This document shows, piece by piece, positions 39,201 through 51,800 of a stretch of 59,963 bases of DNA. The DNA is from Atractiella rhizophila. Its lineage: Eukaryota. The DNA lies in contig MU271465.1 in assembly GCA_021432655.1 (NCBI GenBank), forward strand, positions 1-59,963. Reading direction: 5' to 3'. The notes under the pieces are model-generated. The model did no database searches. It saw only the letters and a list, made by a program, of their open reading frames with translations, and was not told where the DNA came from. Position 1 is the first letter of the stretch. Each line of letters starts with the position of its first letter. The translations under genes were made by a program, and so were the position numbers.

Positions 39201-41074
39201 GAATGCCACAAAGGTTGAATTGGCGACAGGCACGCTGGATCACCGAACTTGGATATTTCAACTTCACTCTTTTGCACCGTCCTGGACGAAACTCCGCAAA
39301 ACCAGATGCGCTCAGTCGGCGACCGGATCACAAACCGGCGACTTGCGACAACTTTGACGTAGTATTACTCCCAGAACGTTGTTTCAACACGGATCGTATC
39401 ATGATCAACGCGACTGGGTGCGCGGTTGCGCTCACAAGACAAATGTCGGAGTTGAGTATACTGGAACGTGTGAAAGAGGTACCTGAACGGGGAGAACAAG
39501 TAGTCAAAGCCTTGAGAGAGATCCTAGACGAACCAGTCGATGCAATTCGCCGACGGGAGTGGCAAGAGGTCGATGGTGCTGTCTACTTTCGCGGAAAACT
39601 CTACATTCCTCGCGACGACGAAATTCGCCTGCATGATTTGCAAATCGCCGGTCATCCAGGCGTAAAATCGACGACTGCTCTCGTAAAAAGATACTACTGG
39701 TGGCCAGGTTTGGCGCATTACATTCGCCGCTATGTCGGCACCTGTCACACTTGCCACAGAACGAAAAACTTTCCTTCCCCACCTGTCGGGTTTTTGCAAC
39801 CAAATGACATTCCCACACGTCACTGGCAAATTATCAGCATGGACTTGGTTGGACCACTCCCAGAATCTGGGGGGTTCGACACGATTTTCGTCATAGTTGA
39901 CAGACTCTCAAAATGCATCCATCTCATCCCCACCCATTCGACGATGGATGCAGAGGGCCTTGCAAGACTTTTTCGCGACCACGTATGGAAGCTACATGGA
40001 CTTTTCGATGTCGCAATTTTCGATCGTGGAAAAGAGTTTGTGTCTAAATTCACATCTGCGCTTTTTCGCCTATTGGGTATCAAAGGCTCACCATCAACAG
40101 CCTATCATCCACAAAGTGATGGCCAGACTGAACATATGAACCAAGAAGTTGAGCAATATTTGCGCATTTTCTGCAATCACCGTCAGGATAATTGGGTAGA
40201 AGGACTCCCCAACGCAGAATTTGCAATCAACAATCGTGTCAGTTCAGCGACGGGCGTAACTCCATTTTCGCTCGATTGCGGTCAACATCCCCGCATGGCC
40301 TTTGAACCCATCTCCGACGAGGACGTTCCCGCAGCGGCGCAATTCGTCGAAAAGATGCAAATCGCCAACCGGGAAGCACAAGCGGCAGTCGAGCAAGCAG
40401 CAGATCTCATGGCAAAATATTATGACAGAAAACGCGCACCGGCGCCCGAATATCATGTCGGCGATTTCGTCTGGTTGAGCGCGAAAAACATCAAATCGAC
40501 GAGACCTGTCAAAAAGTTAGACGACAAATGGCATGGCCCTTTTTGCGTTTTGCAAGTTTTGGGTCCCCTCGACCTTAAACTCGAGTTCGTCCTCTTGATC
40601 CTCATCATTGTCCTCAAGTAGCGCATCATGATCGTCTGCCTCAGTTTCTTTTCTATTCAAGTTTACGAGAAGTGTTGTGCCATCCTCATGGAAGATACCA
40701 GTGTTCCATGTGGGCCTGATACGAAAAGTCAACGAAGATGACATCCCTGGCAGAGTCCAGTTGCCCAAACCACCTCCGGAACTGGTGAATGGAATTGAGG
40801 AATGGGAAGTACAAAAAATGTTGATGGGAAATGGTTCGGTACCCGAAATAGAGTTTTCAAATATCGCGTTCGATACAAAGGGTATTCACCATCTCAGGAC
40901 GAGTGGATCAACATCACAGATCTAGAAAATTCGCAGGATGCTATAAAAGACTATCACACTGCACACCCTCTCGCAGTTCGTCCCGATTCCATACCGAACT
41001 CTGCCAAAAATCGCCCAAATGTGCGTTTTCGTAACCTTCGACGAAAAAGCGCTGAAGGGTCTTCCTCACTTTAA
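36232..41074 (+). pseudogene. gag-pol polyprotein with stops and frameshifts
   Basis: Fragmented ORFs; premature TGA in YFGL*NSPAT at 38446-38448; several frame switches. Confidence 0.9.
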
Positions 41075-41646
41075 GGGGTCCAACACCCCTATATGCCTTG
41101 CCGGGTGAAATCCTAGTCTTTGATACTTAGGTCAAGGCAAGGCGCCGACTTGCTCCTCAACGGGCAAGTCGGCGACTTGGTTGTTGGTGAGTCCATTCGT
41201 CGCCTGTCAAAGACGAATGCTCATTGCGTTCTCGCACCATCACCAATGTCGCATTTACAAAAATTGCCCTCAATCGCAAGGTCCCCTCCCCCTCACTTTA
41301 AGAGGTCCTACTCCTCTACATGCCTCGCTGGGTGAATCCCTAGTCACATTGTTGAACATAGGTCTAGGCGAGGCGCCGGTCTGTTCCTCAACGGGCAGAT
41401 CGGCAACCGGTTTGTTGGTGAGCTGTCCAGCCCGTTTTCGCAGAATGGACACTTATTACACCAAAACAACACCTGGTCAACTTTGAAAAAATTCCTCAAT
41501 TGCAAGGTACATAATGTCTCTTTGCTCCAACAATTTCATCTCTGTCCAAGCGGTGGCTGGTACTTCAGGCGCTTTTCGCAAAATTGGCAAACGTCACGAA
41601 GCAGAAGTTTATGCTTACTGCAAGCACCACAGAAACTGGGGGGTGT

Positions 41647-42103
41647 TGTCAGGTTTGCATCTTACGCAAATCGGCACCCGTTCGCGGGATTGCGTCTCCC
41701 ATCGCCCATTTGCGTTCCCTGCGAATCGGCGCCCGTCGCCACTGCGTCTCCCGTCGCCTATTTGCACGCAGTGCAAATCGGCGCCTGTTCGCCCGTTCGC
41801 CCATTTGCACCTACATCACCACTTAGCCCAATTGTGCCTATCCTCCTCTTATTAACTCCGTGTAATCCCACTGTCACTTCCCCTTTTAGTTCTCTTACAT
41901 GTTTCATCTGCTCTCCTCTACGCTTTGTGGCAGTGTTTTTCCGCTTATATATATAGATCAGAGAGTAGTGGAGGTGACCTTAGAGTATTCTCTTAGGTTT
42001 ATCTCCACTACAGGTTAGTCTTCATGTCATATCATGCTCTTAGGTTTATCTCCACTACAGACGCATCGCCTATCGGTGACCGCACATAGTGTCAGCCCTA
42101 ACA
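41647..42103 (+). repeat. 3' LTR of the Gypsy element (457 bp)
   Basis: TGTCAGGTTTG...CCCTAACA; TATA-like TATATATATAG; matches 35790-36019 directly and 35250-35654 inverted. Confidence 0.95.
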
Positions 42104-42134
42104 CAATTCTCCTCATTTTTCACAGTCATCTTCC

Positions 42135-42900
42135 TTGGCCACAAACCCAACCCACCAACATTTCTCTTATTCCCCAACGCTGGTCACGCCCAATTTTGTT
42201 ACTTCTACCCGCCAATCTTCTGAAACCCTGCTACCTCCACCTACTGATCGCCGATCAAATACACCTTCTCCACAGCTTACACTGCGTCGACGTTCAGTTC
42301 AGAGGGACCTTCCACCACTGGAGTCTCACATTCATGATGTCTATAACGTGCGTAGCCCACAAAGGATACTGTCTCCCAGGCCTGGCCGGGTTTTACTCGA
42401 TGTGTATTCTCACACCCCGAACTACATGCCTTTGGATCTCGAGCACGGGATTACAATGGATTGAGGCTCTGTCCAGGAGATATATCTCCCTCTGGACTTT
42501 TCATTGTCAGCCCTCAGCAATGCGTGTATTGCTTACAGGAAGGCCACATTGCGAATCAATGCACAGTTCCCCAGATGACCGCTCCAGAGCTTGACTTCAA
42601 GCTTTTCGTGATCTTGGGATCACTATCAAGACGAATCGACCACCATACTATAGGATACCATCCACAGCTCTGATAGTTAGCCCCACCGCCACGTCCACTT
42701 CCGTCCTTTCTGATACTCATATCCCTCCATTACAACGAGATCAGGAGAACCCTGGACCGGACGGCAGATGGGATGCAGGTGGAGATGGCAGGTTGATTGT
42801 GAATGGGGATGTGACCTACTGGCCATCCTAGGGTTAAGCCGCATACAAACAACGTGGGTGGGACGTTCCTCACCCTACCATGCATATGGACCTGGAATGT
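42135..42900 (+). pseudogene. Zinc-knuckle-containing ORF relic
   Basis: CVYCLQEGHIANQC fits CX2CX4HX4C; the surrounding frames are broken. Confidence 0.4.
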
Positions 42901-43599
42901 CACCCACTTTATTCTCTCAGAATTCACTTGGCATAGACATGTTCCTGAAGCAAATTCTCATTACCTTACTAACATGACTTACTCCTCTGGCGGCCCAACA
43001 TCTTCAGGGAAGCTCTTCATACCATTACTGACGAATAATATCTCGCTTTTGAATCTGTTTCCGATAACGAACATCCTCACGACGACCCCATGCCTTTCAA
43101 TTCCATTTTGTCACCTTCTCATCCACCTTCTGCATTCGTTACTTCATCATTTCCTTTTTCAAATCAGGAAATTCCGAAATCTTCATTTGACTGTTTTTCT
43201 AACATTGATTATCTTCTTTCTCTTCCAAAATTTGATGTGGCCCTATATTTCCAAATGTTTCAGCCATTTTCTTTGACTTCTGATCTGCTTATGGCTTGAG
43301 AAAGTTGATAAAAATACTTCTCTTGCTGCTTCACATTTGGACGTCCTGTATGCAATGTGTGAGGATAAGAATCAGTAGAGGGAATGAAAGCTTACTTGTC
43401 AATGATGTATAAAAGGAGTTATGTTGGTTTCACTGCTTCGAACGGTTGCTAGAGGAGTTGTCTGCATAGAGTACGAGCAGTACGGTGATGATTCGCTTTC
43501 CACCTATGAAATACGAAGGTGTAATATTGGTTCGTAGGGTGTCCTCGAGGATAAAGGCCCTAAAGATGTTGATGTGACCTATATTCCAAAGATGAGATC

Positions 43600-44983
43600 T
43601 TATCAGCAATCAAATAAATATACTCACCTATTACCAAATGTACTGGGACCTCACTTTGCTGGCATGCCAGATCTTCGCCATTTTGTATAATTTTGTGGCC
43701 GGAAACTGTACTTCTCTGGATTTGTTCAGAATCCATCCATTACGCTGTTCATAAAATATCACAGTCCAACCCGCCGCCCACACTTTCTTCTGCCGTCAGT
43801 ACCATGGGAGAGGACTAAAAAAAGACCCCTCATCAAGCTCTGTCACCTCATCAATCCAAAGCCGCTTCCCACCCACGTCAACACTTGGCATCAGCAGAGA
43901 CTTCTGACTTCCACTTTTCCGCTTGATATATCTCCTCTAATGCATCCCCAGTATCCTTAGGAAGGAACGTAAGGTCTTTCGGACGACGGGATTGGCAATT
44001 GCCTGCTCCAAATTCAGCTGAAGTAAGTCTCACTTCACAAACTGGAGTAAGCATTACAAACCTGACCGAGAACGTCATGCAAGTCATTTAGGTATACAAG
44101 ATTCCCTTGATGTCCGGTGTATTCAGACGGAGGCTTCCCTAGCCCCGCTGCATGCATTTGGGCTGCAAAGTTGTTCATTTGTCGTTTCGATGGTAGCTTG
44201 GGTGGTGGAGCTCTGTCTGCGGACAATGCGGTATTGTCTCCCAGAGGACTTGATACAAGGATGTGGATATCTCGTGGCGAGGGAGATTTGTAAGCAAGTC
44301 TGCATATGCATGCTGGCAAGATGTGTCAGAGCAAACACACGACAGCTCCATGTCTAGTTAAACTGGAGACCAACCTCTTTGTTTAGGTAAGGAAACTGTT
44401 CATCTCCAGCCTTGCTATCTTTGGCAGGGCAGCCAGCATTCATTACTGTTGGTAGCTTTGTTGCTCTTTTGGAGGTTGTGACCTGGCTGCCCTAGGTCAA
44501 AATCATGATTTTCAAGCGGAATCGACAAACCGTTTTCCTCTTCCAAGCTGTCTTCAGCTCTGTAACTATTGCTTTCCTCATCAGTGAAAAAGTGGAGGTT
44601 ATAACTCAAGCCATCTTTTAGAGCTATTCAAGATATTCCTGGCACACCCAAACTCCAGAGCTGCAACCTTCTAGAAGTGATCCTCTTCCTCCAAATCCAA
44701 CAAAGCTTCCACAGGGATTGACTCCGGCTGCCAAGCTTGGAAAAAATCTTGATATCCATCATCTTGAAGGTTTGCTTGAATATCAGAAGGGAAAAGTACA
44801 TGGGAGGAGGATCAAAGGAGAACTGAGGTAGCTGCTTTGGAAAGAATGATATCGAGTGCTCGTCTCAGGCTGCTGTTCGCTTATTTTCAGATGCCTTCTT
44901 GTTTGGTGATGATTCTTCCAGTGACCTTGGATGCTGGTTGCAAAGTTGGGACAGACCTTGCAGTGGAATCTGCCATTTGACAA
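43600..44983 (-). mobile_element. Relic of a basidiomycete transposase-like ORF (probably CACTA/EnSpm-related), N-terminal part
   Basis: N-terminal C2H2-like FHCKVC...WKNHHQTRRH. GNLVYLNDL, then IANPVVRK, then a frameshift to LTFLPKDTGDALEEIYQAEKW. Boundaries approximate. Confidence 0.5.
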
Positions 44984-45587
44984 CCGCTCGTACTCAATGT
45001 CCTCACTTTCGAACTCGAGTTGTGAGACTGTATGACTATCTTAACTTGAATATCAACCAACACTTAGAGTATCAAGAGGGCACGAACTCATACTATGTCC
45101 AAGTATCCGGTCAGAAGAAGTTTGAGCTTGAAAGGATTCATCAATCCACTGCTTAGTAAATTTTATGAAGCTCTCAAGGTTACGGAGGTTCATGAAGGAT
45201 ATTTTGAAAGACAAGCATCAGATTGTGACCAGAACGAATCTGAACAAATGAGCTGCCTCGAGCGAGCTGCAATCTCTCATCTTTTTGCAGTACATCCTGA
45301 ATCACTATTAATTCTGCTTGTGCTAAGAAAATGGTCCAGAACTGCTCCTCTGCCTCACCTCCGTCTTCCACCCAGTTTTCAGCTCTCCAGAATTCAATAA
45401 TGCTGCATTTGGAGAAGAATTGACAAACAGTTGGAGGCTTTGAGAGCTGATGAAGCGCATCCAAGCCCTGACCCTAAAATATCTGCCGCCTACTTCAATT
45501 TTCTGAGTGATATCAACATTCACACCAGAAGCATGCACCATATGTCCCATATTCTCTGACTCCAATCCTCTGATTTCCCAGAGCAGT

Positions 45588-46041
45588 TGTAAAGGTTAGA
45601 CGGTTTTACGACTAGACTTTATAAAGTATATGTCCTTTGATCTCTTTCACACTAGGTTTAAACAACATCCTTTCGTAAGCTAGGCACAAGACTTGACGTT
45701 GTTGGTTGTCGGTAATCCTTATGTTATTCCGAAGATGTACTATAAGATGAAATGTATATAAGAGGTTCGAAGGTTGGTTGTGGAGGTGTTGATCCAGTCT
45801 CTGGAATGTGCTGAAGGAGTAGAGTTGTTGGAATGTCTCGAATCCTTACTCATTTGAGCTCCTTTTATGTGGTTACGGAATTGTTCCAGAATATTCCAGA
45901 TACTCTAAGCGATGGCAGTTAAGGTTATTCAGAGAATATTCTAGACTGTTCTACCATATCCCAGAGTAATGTTCTAGGCTGTTCTAAGAGGTTCCAGAAG
46001 GTTCCAGTATCTCCTATAATGTATGTGGCCTAACCATTACA
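45588..46041. mobile_element. Solo LTR of an unrelated family (C)
   Basis: TGTAAAGGTTAG...CTAACCATTACA inverted ends; TSD GCAGT on both sides; 454 bp. Confidence 0.88.
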
Positions 46042-46237
46042 GCAGTCCACCCTCCACTCCCGCCTAATCTCAAGTCCACTCCATCTGACCCCCCATCACA
46101 AACTTCAACAGCAACACCACCATCATCTCCAGTACTGCCCTGATATTGTCAAAGGCCTCTCCAGAAACCTGACCACCTGTACTGTGAGTGTGACACTCTC
46201 CCAGAATACTTGGATGCTGTGACCTCTGAAAGGTATC

Positions 46238-46727
46238 TGTCAGGCTTGCCCCTACGCATTACCGAAATGCACCATCTGAAGTCACGTGACCTACTTTACC
46301 ATGCCATAGGACCACGCGCCTGCCCATCGCCGCTTTGCTCACGTTCTCGCTGATCGCCGCCTTCCCCTGTCTCACACTAATCGCCGCTCAGCAAACCTTA
46401 ACCATTTCGCCGGTCTGCACCGTCTCCATTATTGCTTTATTGTCCTTTCTCACTTGTACTGCTCAGTATGTCTTATTTCCGAGTTTTCCTTTTATTGCTT
46501 TCCTGATCTAGCTATCTTACATGTTTCAAGAAACTTATGATACAGTTTATGGCAGTGCTTTTACATATGTATATATACATCGAGATGTAGTGGTGGTGAC
46601 CTCAGAGTATTCTCTTAGGTTTACCTCCACTACAGGTTAGTCTTCTCATGCCATACTATTCTCTTAGGTTTACCTCCACTACAGACGCATCGCCTATCGG
46701 CGACCGCACATAGTGTCAGCCCTAACA
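46238..46727 (+). mobile_element. Solo LTR (subfamily B)
   Basis: TGTCAGGCTTG...CCCTAACA; TSD GTATC on both sides; diverged copy of 34700-35189. Confidence 0.92.
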
Positions 46728-47204
46728 GTATCTTGGATTGGTCTACATCTTCACCAAGGATAGTGAGACAAGTTTGATCAACACCTTGCAATGCTGCTGG
46801 AACTACAATGAGCACCAATTGGAGAGGCGGAGGGGACCTGGAAATTTTTTCTCAAGTTTATAGTGTGTGTAGGTTAGCATACCAGTTGGGATGAAGACAT
46901 GGGCTTCATAGGGGATTCGGGCGTTAGGGTTTGAATTGCTGTATTCCACGGTATCTTGGACTCTTCGAGGGTGGAGATAAGGGACTCGACTTGGCGGATC
47001 AGAAAGATGAAGCCATGTTGTGCCTCCAGGTTAGTGATGAAAGGTTGAAGGTCAGCTCTCTCTGGAAATGCTCCAGACGATGATTATTCCCTTCCTCCCT
47101 CTGGATGGCATTCTCTGAGTTTTTGCAGGATGATGTGAACTCTGTCTTGAAGGATTTGTTGGTGGACGGACCGGCCTGACACAACTGATCCTAGGATTGG
47201 TGAG

Positions 47205-47360
47205 AAAATGATGGTTGTTGTTGTGCTATTGATTGGGCATGACTGAAGGAGGTGTGTGGATTTATGGGTTGGAGTGAGATTGGCAACAAAATGATGGTTG
47301 TTGTTGTGCAGTTGATTCAGTATGACTGAGGGAGGTGTGTGGATTTAAGGGTTGGAGTTG
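47205..47360. repeat. Imperfect ~83-bp tandem duplication
   Basis: AAAATGATGGTTGTTGTTGTGC...GGAGGTGTGTGGATTTA.GGGTTGGAGT occurs twice. Confidence 0.8.
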
Positions 47361-48805
47361 AGTGGTAGTGGTAGGAGGTTATATGGAGAAGAGCTAAGGA
47401 GGAGTTCTGGTTCTGCAGGCAAAGAAGTTTGTGATTGAAGAAACTTGGTGATGGGGAAGTGGCAGGAAGACAGTGAGCGTAATTCCATGGAATGCCATTG
47501 TATTGCTACAATCCCACATCAATAGAGAGGTGCTAAATCAACAGTGACTCTGACATGTGGTGCGACATTTCACAATTTTGCTAGAGGGGCGCCAGCATTT
47601 TGACATTTTGTTGCAGACACGCCACAGGTACCTATAGCTGGAGAATTTCTGAGCAAAATATAAAAATAGATGCACTCACTGACTAAAATATGAAATGGAG
47701 GCATGCCATTTCGGAATGACAGTCATTTAGCAGATTGCTGACAAGCAAAATGTCGAAATAATGAAATAGCAAAATAATGAAATGATTTTACTATTTATGT
47801 GGTGTTCGGCGCGCCATAACCCTGGATGCCAGGGTCCACCGAAGGTGGAGGATTCTAACCGTATCCTCCTCCCATCCCATATAGGCTGGACCCTAGGGTG
47901 GCTTTAGAACATTGAAAATTTAAAATTTAGGAAACAGAGGGACTGGTAATTGGTTTCTGCTGACATGTAGCTGATACCATAGAATTAAGGTGGAGAGCAA
48001 AACAATGCTGCACTGTGATGAACAACATAAGAGGTAATCTAGAGAACCAGGGTGGAGAGTCCTTACAAATTATCGAAATGGCACGCATCACATTCATGAT
48101 TTTGCCACCAGTACCACACCTTAGTGCATAATTTACGATGTATAGGGTGGCACAAGTCATGTGGAAGAACGGATACCACGATTTAGAGCCACTAGGTGGA
48201 GCAAAATATGGAAATGGAGGCAAACAGAAGCGAAAGTGACATTTCTCTATTTCTTAATTGCCGATGGTATTTCGTGACTCTGCTACTGCCTCTTGGCAAT
48301 AATATGAATTGATTTTCAAAATGTTGAAACTATGAAATTTGATGAGCAGTCTTTCAAAAGAGTGATTTGTACCTTCCAAAAGTTTGCTCCTTCTATTTTG
48401 AAAGAGCGCGAACAAACCTTCAAAAGTTTGTTCACAATTGATGGAGAATTCGAGCAAAATATCAAAATGTCAAAATGTTGAATTGAATTCGTTATTTAGT
48501 ACCCATTTCACGCCCATACACAGGTTTCTGATGTCTTATGTTTACATCATGCTTGACATCGTCATTCATCATTCATAACATATATACAGTGTTCTTTCAT
48601 TTGCTCTTCTATTTGAAACTACAAGTGTTTGGGATCTGTAACTCATCAGTTTTCCATATGATTCATTTTAGAGACCAGTCTCCAGCCTCATGTATTCAGA
48701 CCACTGTCAAAATGAGCTAGTCAAAATTTGCCTTACTTTGATGGTGATACCAGCAGGCTTACGTACAAAGCTGAGCCTGGCTGAGTCGCAGCCATATCAA
48801 GGGTA

Positions 48806-51800
48806 TCAGCACCACAGATCTTCCATGCCAACACTACATTCCAGGGTGATGTTCTGCTTTCCCATGGGAAAGTATTTAAAGTCTTTGGTTGCTTTGGCCT
48901 CTATCTCGATCGGAAACAGTCTCGGAATCAGACTTCTTGCTTGGACAAGCAAGGAAAAACAAGGTAGACTCAATCTTCTCCCTGCAACTTGTTCAATACA
49001 CCTGTTCTTGAATTGGTGGTGGGTGGTTTCACCTTTGAGCTTCCAGGTTGCCCTTGGTGTATTAGTTCCCAGTGAGCGACATTCAGAAATCCACTCGGGG
49101 CGGAAGGTTAAACTCTGGTCGAAATCGTCAGGATAAGCAATTGTTTTGCCATTCCTATCTCCATTCCACCTTGCCTTCATCCTTCACTTTCATTTCGTCA
49201 GTTGAACTTGAGATTTTGGCCAGAATAAAGAGGTTTGTACGGACCAATTCTTCTTGATGTTGTGTGGAAACATCGTAATTATTCGTGGATAGTTGCGAAC
49301 ATCCACAACATTAAACACAACTTTCAGAGTCAGCTCCGCAATGTTTTGGGCATCAAAATCAAACGAGAACCTAAATCCCAAGCAACCGGGCCAACCAGGC
49401 ATCTTATCCATGTTTACCTAATCAGACCTTCACATAAACGCGACCATGATCGAGAAACGGTGGAAAAACAATCACTGACCATAGTCACTTCCAGCCGTAC
49501 GCCATGACTGTGAAAAGCATTCCTTTCACTCCGTTGCGGATCCAGGAAACGAAAAGCATTGATTAGGATGTTCTCCTTGTTGAGCTGATGGCTTCGTCCG
49601 CTCACATTAGCTCCTTCATCTTCATTTGATATGCCCGATGAAATGCCAAAAGATGGAATGTGGTCCCAAAGAGCACGGAACTTTGTTCGAGCATGGTCTC
49701 CTTGGATCGCAAATGGCTGATCTGCACTCCTGAGTGCATCTTCATGTAAAGCTTTTACATCGGCCTCCTTCCGTCGATCTCCTCTCCTGAGCACATTTTC
49801 TTGTAACACTTTAACCTCATCCTCTTTCCATCCGCATTGAAAAAGTGCTGTCACCAAGCTGTCGATGCATTCGGCCTGACCCCCTCCATGTCCACATTGC
49901 CCATAGAGCACCGCCGCGATCTCTAAAGGCCCCTTGGCCATGTGGCTCTGACCGGATTGAGAATAGACCTTCCCGATTAAGTGGAAGCATTGGCCGCGAC
50001 CGTGTTTATCCCCCACTTCTGCATACACGTCGTCCGCATCAACGAATGCCTTCAGTGCTTCTTCGAAGCGGCTGCCCCGAAAATCAATCTCTCCAAACTT
50101 TCGGATGCAGTGGGCTATGCCCTGTCGATCTCCCACTTCGCTATATAACACCTTCGCCTCCCCAAATGCCTTCAGTGCATCCTCGTTCCGGTCACAATCA
50201 AAGTTAATCTCTCCAACACTGAAGATACAGTGTGCTTGACCTCGTCGATCTCCTGTAACTCCATAGAGCACCATCGCCTCCTTGAACATTTTTACAGCGT
50301 CATCCTTCCTGCCACAGTGAAAGTGGATCCTCCCGATACTGAAGATGCAGTTAGCTTGACCCTGTCGATCTCGCAATTTGTTGAAAACTGCTTTAGCCTC
50401 TTCAAACTGCTTCAAAGCTTCCTCGTTCTGGCCACACCGAAAATCAATCTCCCCAACATTTCGGATGCAGTGCGCTTGACCCTGTTGATCTCCTAATTCC
50501 TTATAGAGCACTTTCGCCTCCTCAAACGCCTTCAGCGCGTTTGCCTTCCGGTCGCATTGAAAGTCTATCTCCGCCATGTTGCGGATGCAGTGGGCTTGGC
50601 CCTGTCGATCTCCCACTTCCCTGTACAGCAGCCCCGCTTTCTCAAACGCCTTCAGCGCCTCCCCGTTCCGACCGCGTTGAAAGTCGATCTCCCCGACGCT
50701 GCGGATACAGTGGGCTAGGCCGCGTCGATCTCCTGCTTCTCCATAAAGCACCTTCGCGTCCTCGAACGCTATCAACGCGTCCTTGTTCCGCCCAGCTCGA
50801 AAATCGATCTCTCCGATGCGCCGAATGCAGCGGGCTTCACCCTGTCGATCTCCCACTTCATGATAAAGCATCTTCACCTTGTTGAACATCGTCAATGCGT
50901 CCTTGTTGGCCCCGTGATTGCGATAACAGTGACCAAGCGACTCAGTAAGCGAACGCTGCAGTCTCATCAAGCTAAATTCGCTCTGATCTGTAGAACATGA
51001 CGTTGCTAGCGCTGTCTCGACGACACATGCCGCCTGACGGAAAGGTAGGGTTGAAAGGTAGTGGTTAAGGCGCAGGAACTCCGACATGTTGTTCAAACGG
51101 GAAACAAATGATAAAGGATCCGGTAGGTGTTTCATGCTTGCTACCAGGACATGTTCGAGATTTGGGTATTGTTCACGAAAGAGCAACAGTGCCTGAAGAT
51201 TCTTGCCTTTTTCGAACTGTTCAATAGTTTTCTCAGCATTTTGCATGAGATGATTAGTAAGAGGCCTGAGAGACGAAGCGACCTCGAGCGAAAACGGTAG
51301 TTGGGATTCAGATACGAGGCTGTTGACATATTTACGAATAGGAGCTAGCATACGAAGAGTGCCTTTGAGGTCACTGGCAAGCCCAATCTTCGAAATAACG
51401 GAGATGACTTTGAAGGTATCGGGAGGGTCAGACGGTCCACAAATGAGTGCTGACAAATCACGGTGGGATAGACCATCAGGAGCCCATGACAAGAAAGCAA
51501 GCGCAAGGACAGCGCGTTTTCCCTGCTGTTTGAGAGCTGGAGAATCAAGGGAGAAGGAGATAGAGGTTTTGAGTGTGACCACGTCTCCGTTGTCTAGGTT
51601 CCACAAAACATCTGTCCTTTTTGCCTCCCACTCTTCTGCCAATTCCTTGAGTGTCATCGTGGAATCCTCATGGGCACGTAGAGCAAATAGCTTGATTGAT
51701 AAAGCATGGAAGTCCAGCTTTTCCAACAGGCGTTCAACGAGCGGGTCAGAAAACTCCTCTTCTCTCTGATATGAGTTCTTAAAGAGTGTGCGGGCAGCGT

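Larger units (their letters stand above)
35790..42103 (+). mobile_element. Ty3/Gypsy chromovirus-type LTR retrotransposon, decayed
   Basis: TSD CAATT on both sides. 5' LTR truncated (35790-~36019); full 3' LTR 41647-42103 preceded by purine tract AGAAACTGGGGGG. Domain order gag, PR (ALVDSGAT), RT (FSKIDLRKGF, YIDDIL), RH (EVDASNFA), IN (H..AGHPG..CHTC, YHPQSDGQTE), chromodomain (YRVRYKGYSPSQDEW). Confidence 0.96.

Noticed and set aside
35250..42103. Retroelement with inverted terminal repeats (DIRS-like)
   Set aside because: The left inverted copy has its own TSD (AAAGG). The true element 35790-42103 has TSD CAATT and a DDE integrase.
49845..51769. Plus-strand ORFs over the NLR
   Set aside because: Antisense shadows of the repeat-rich coding strand.
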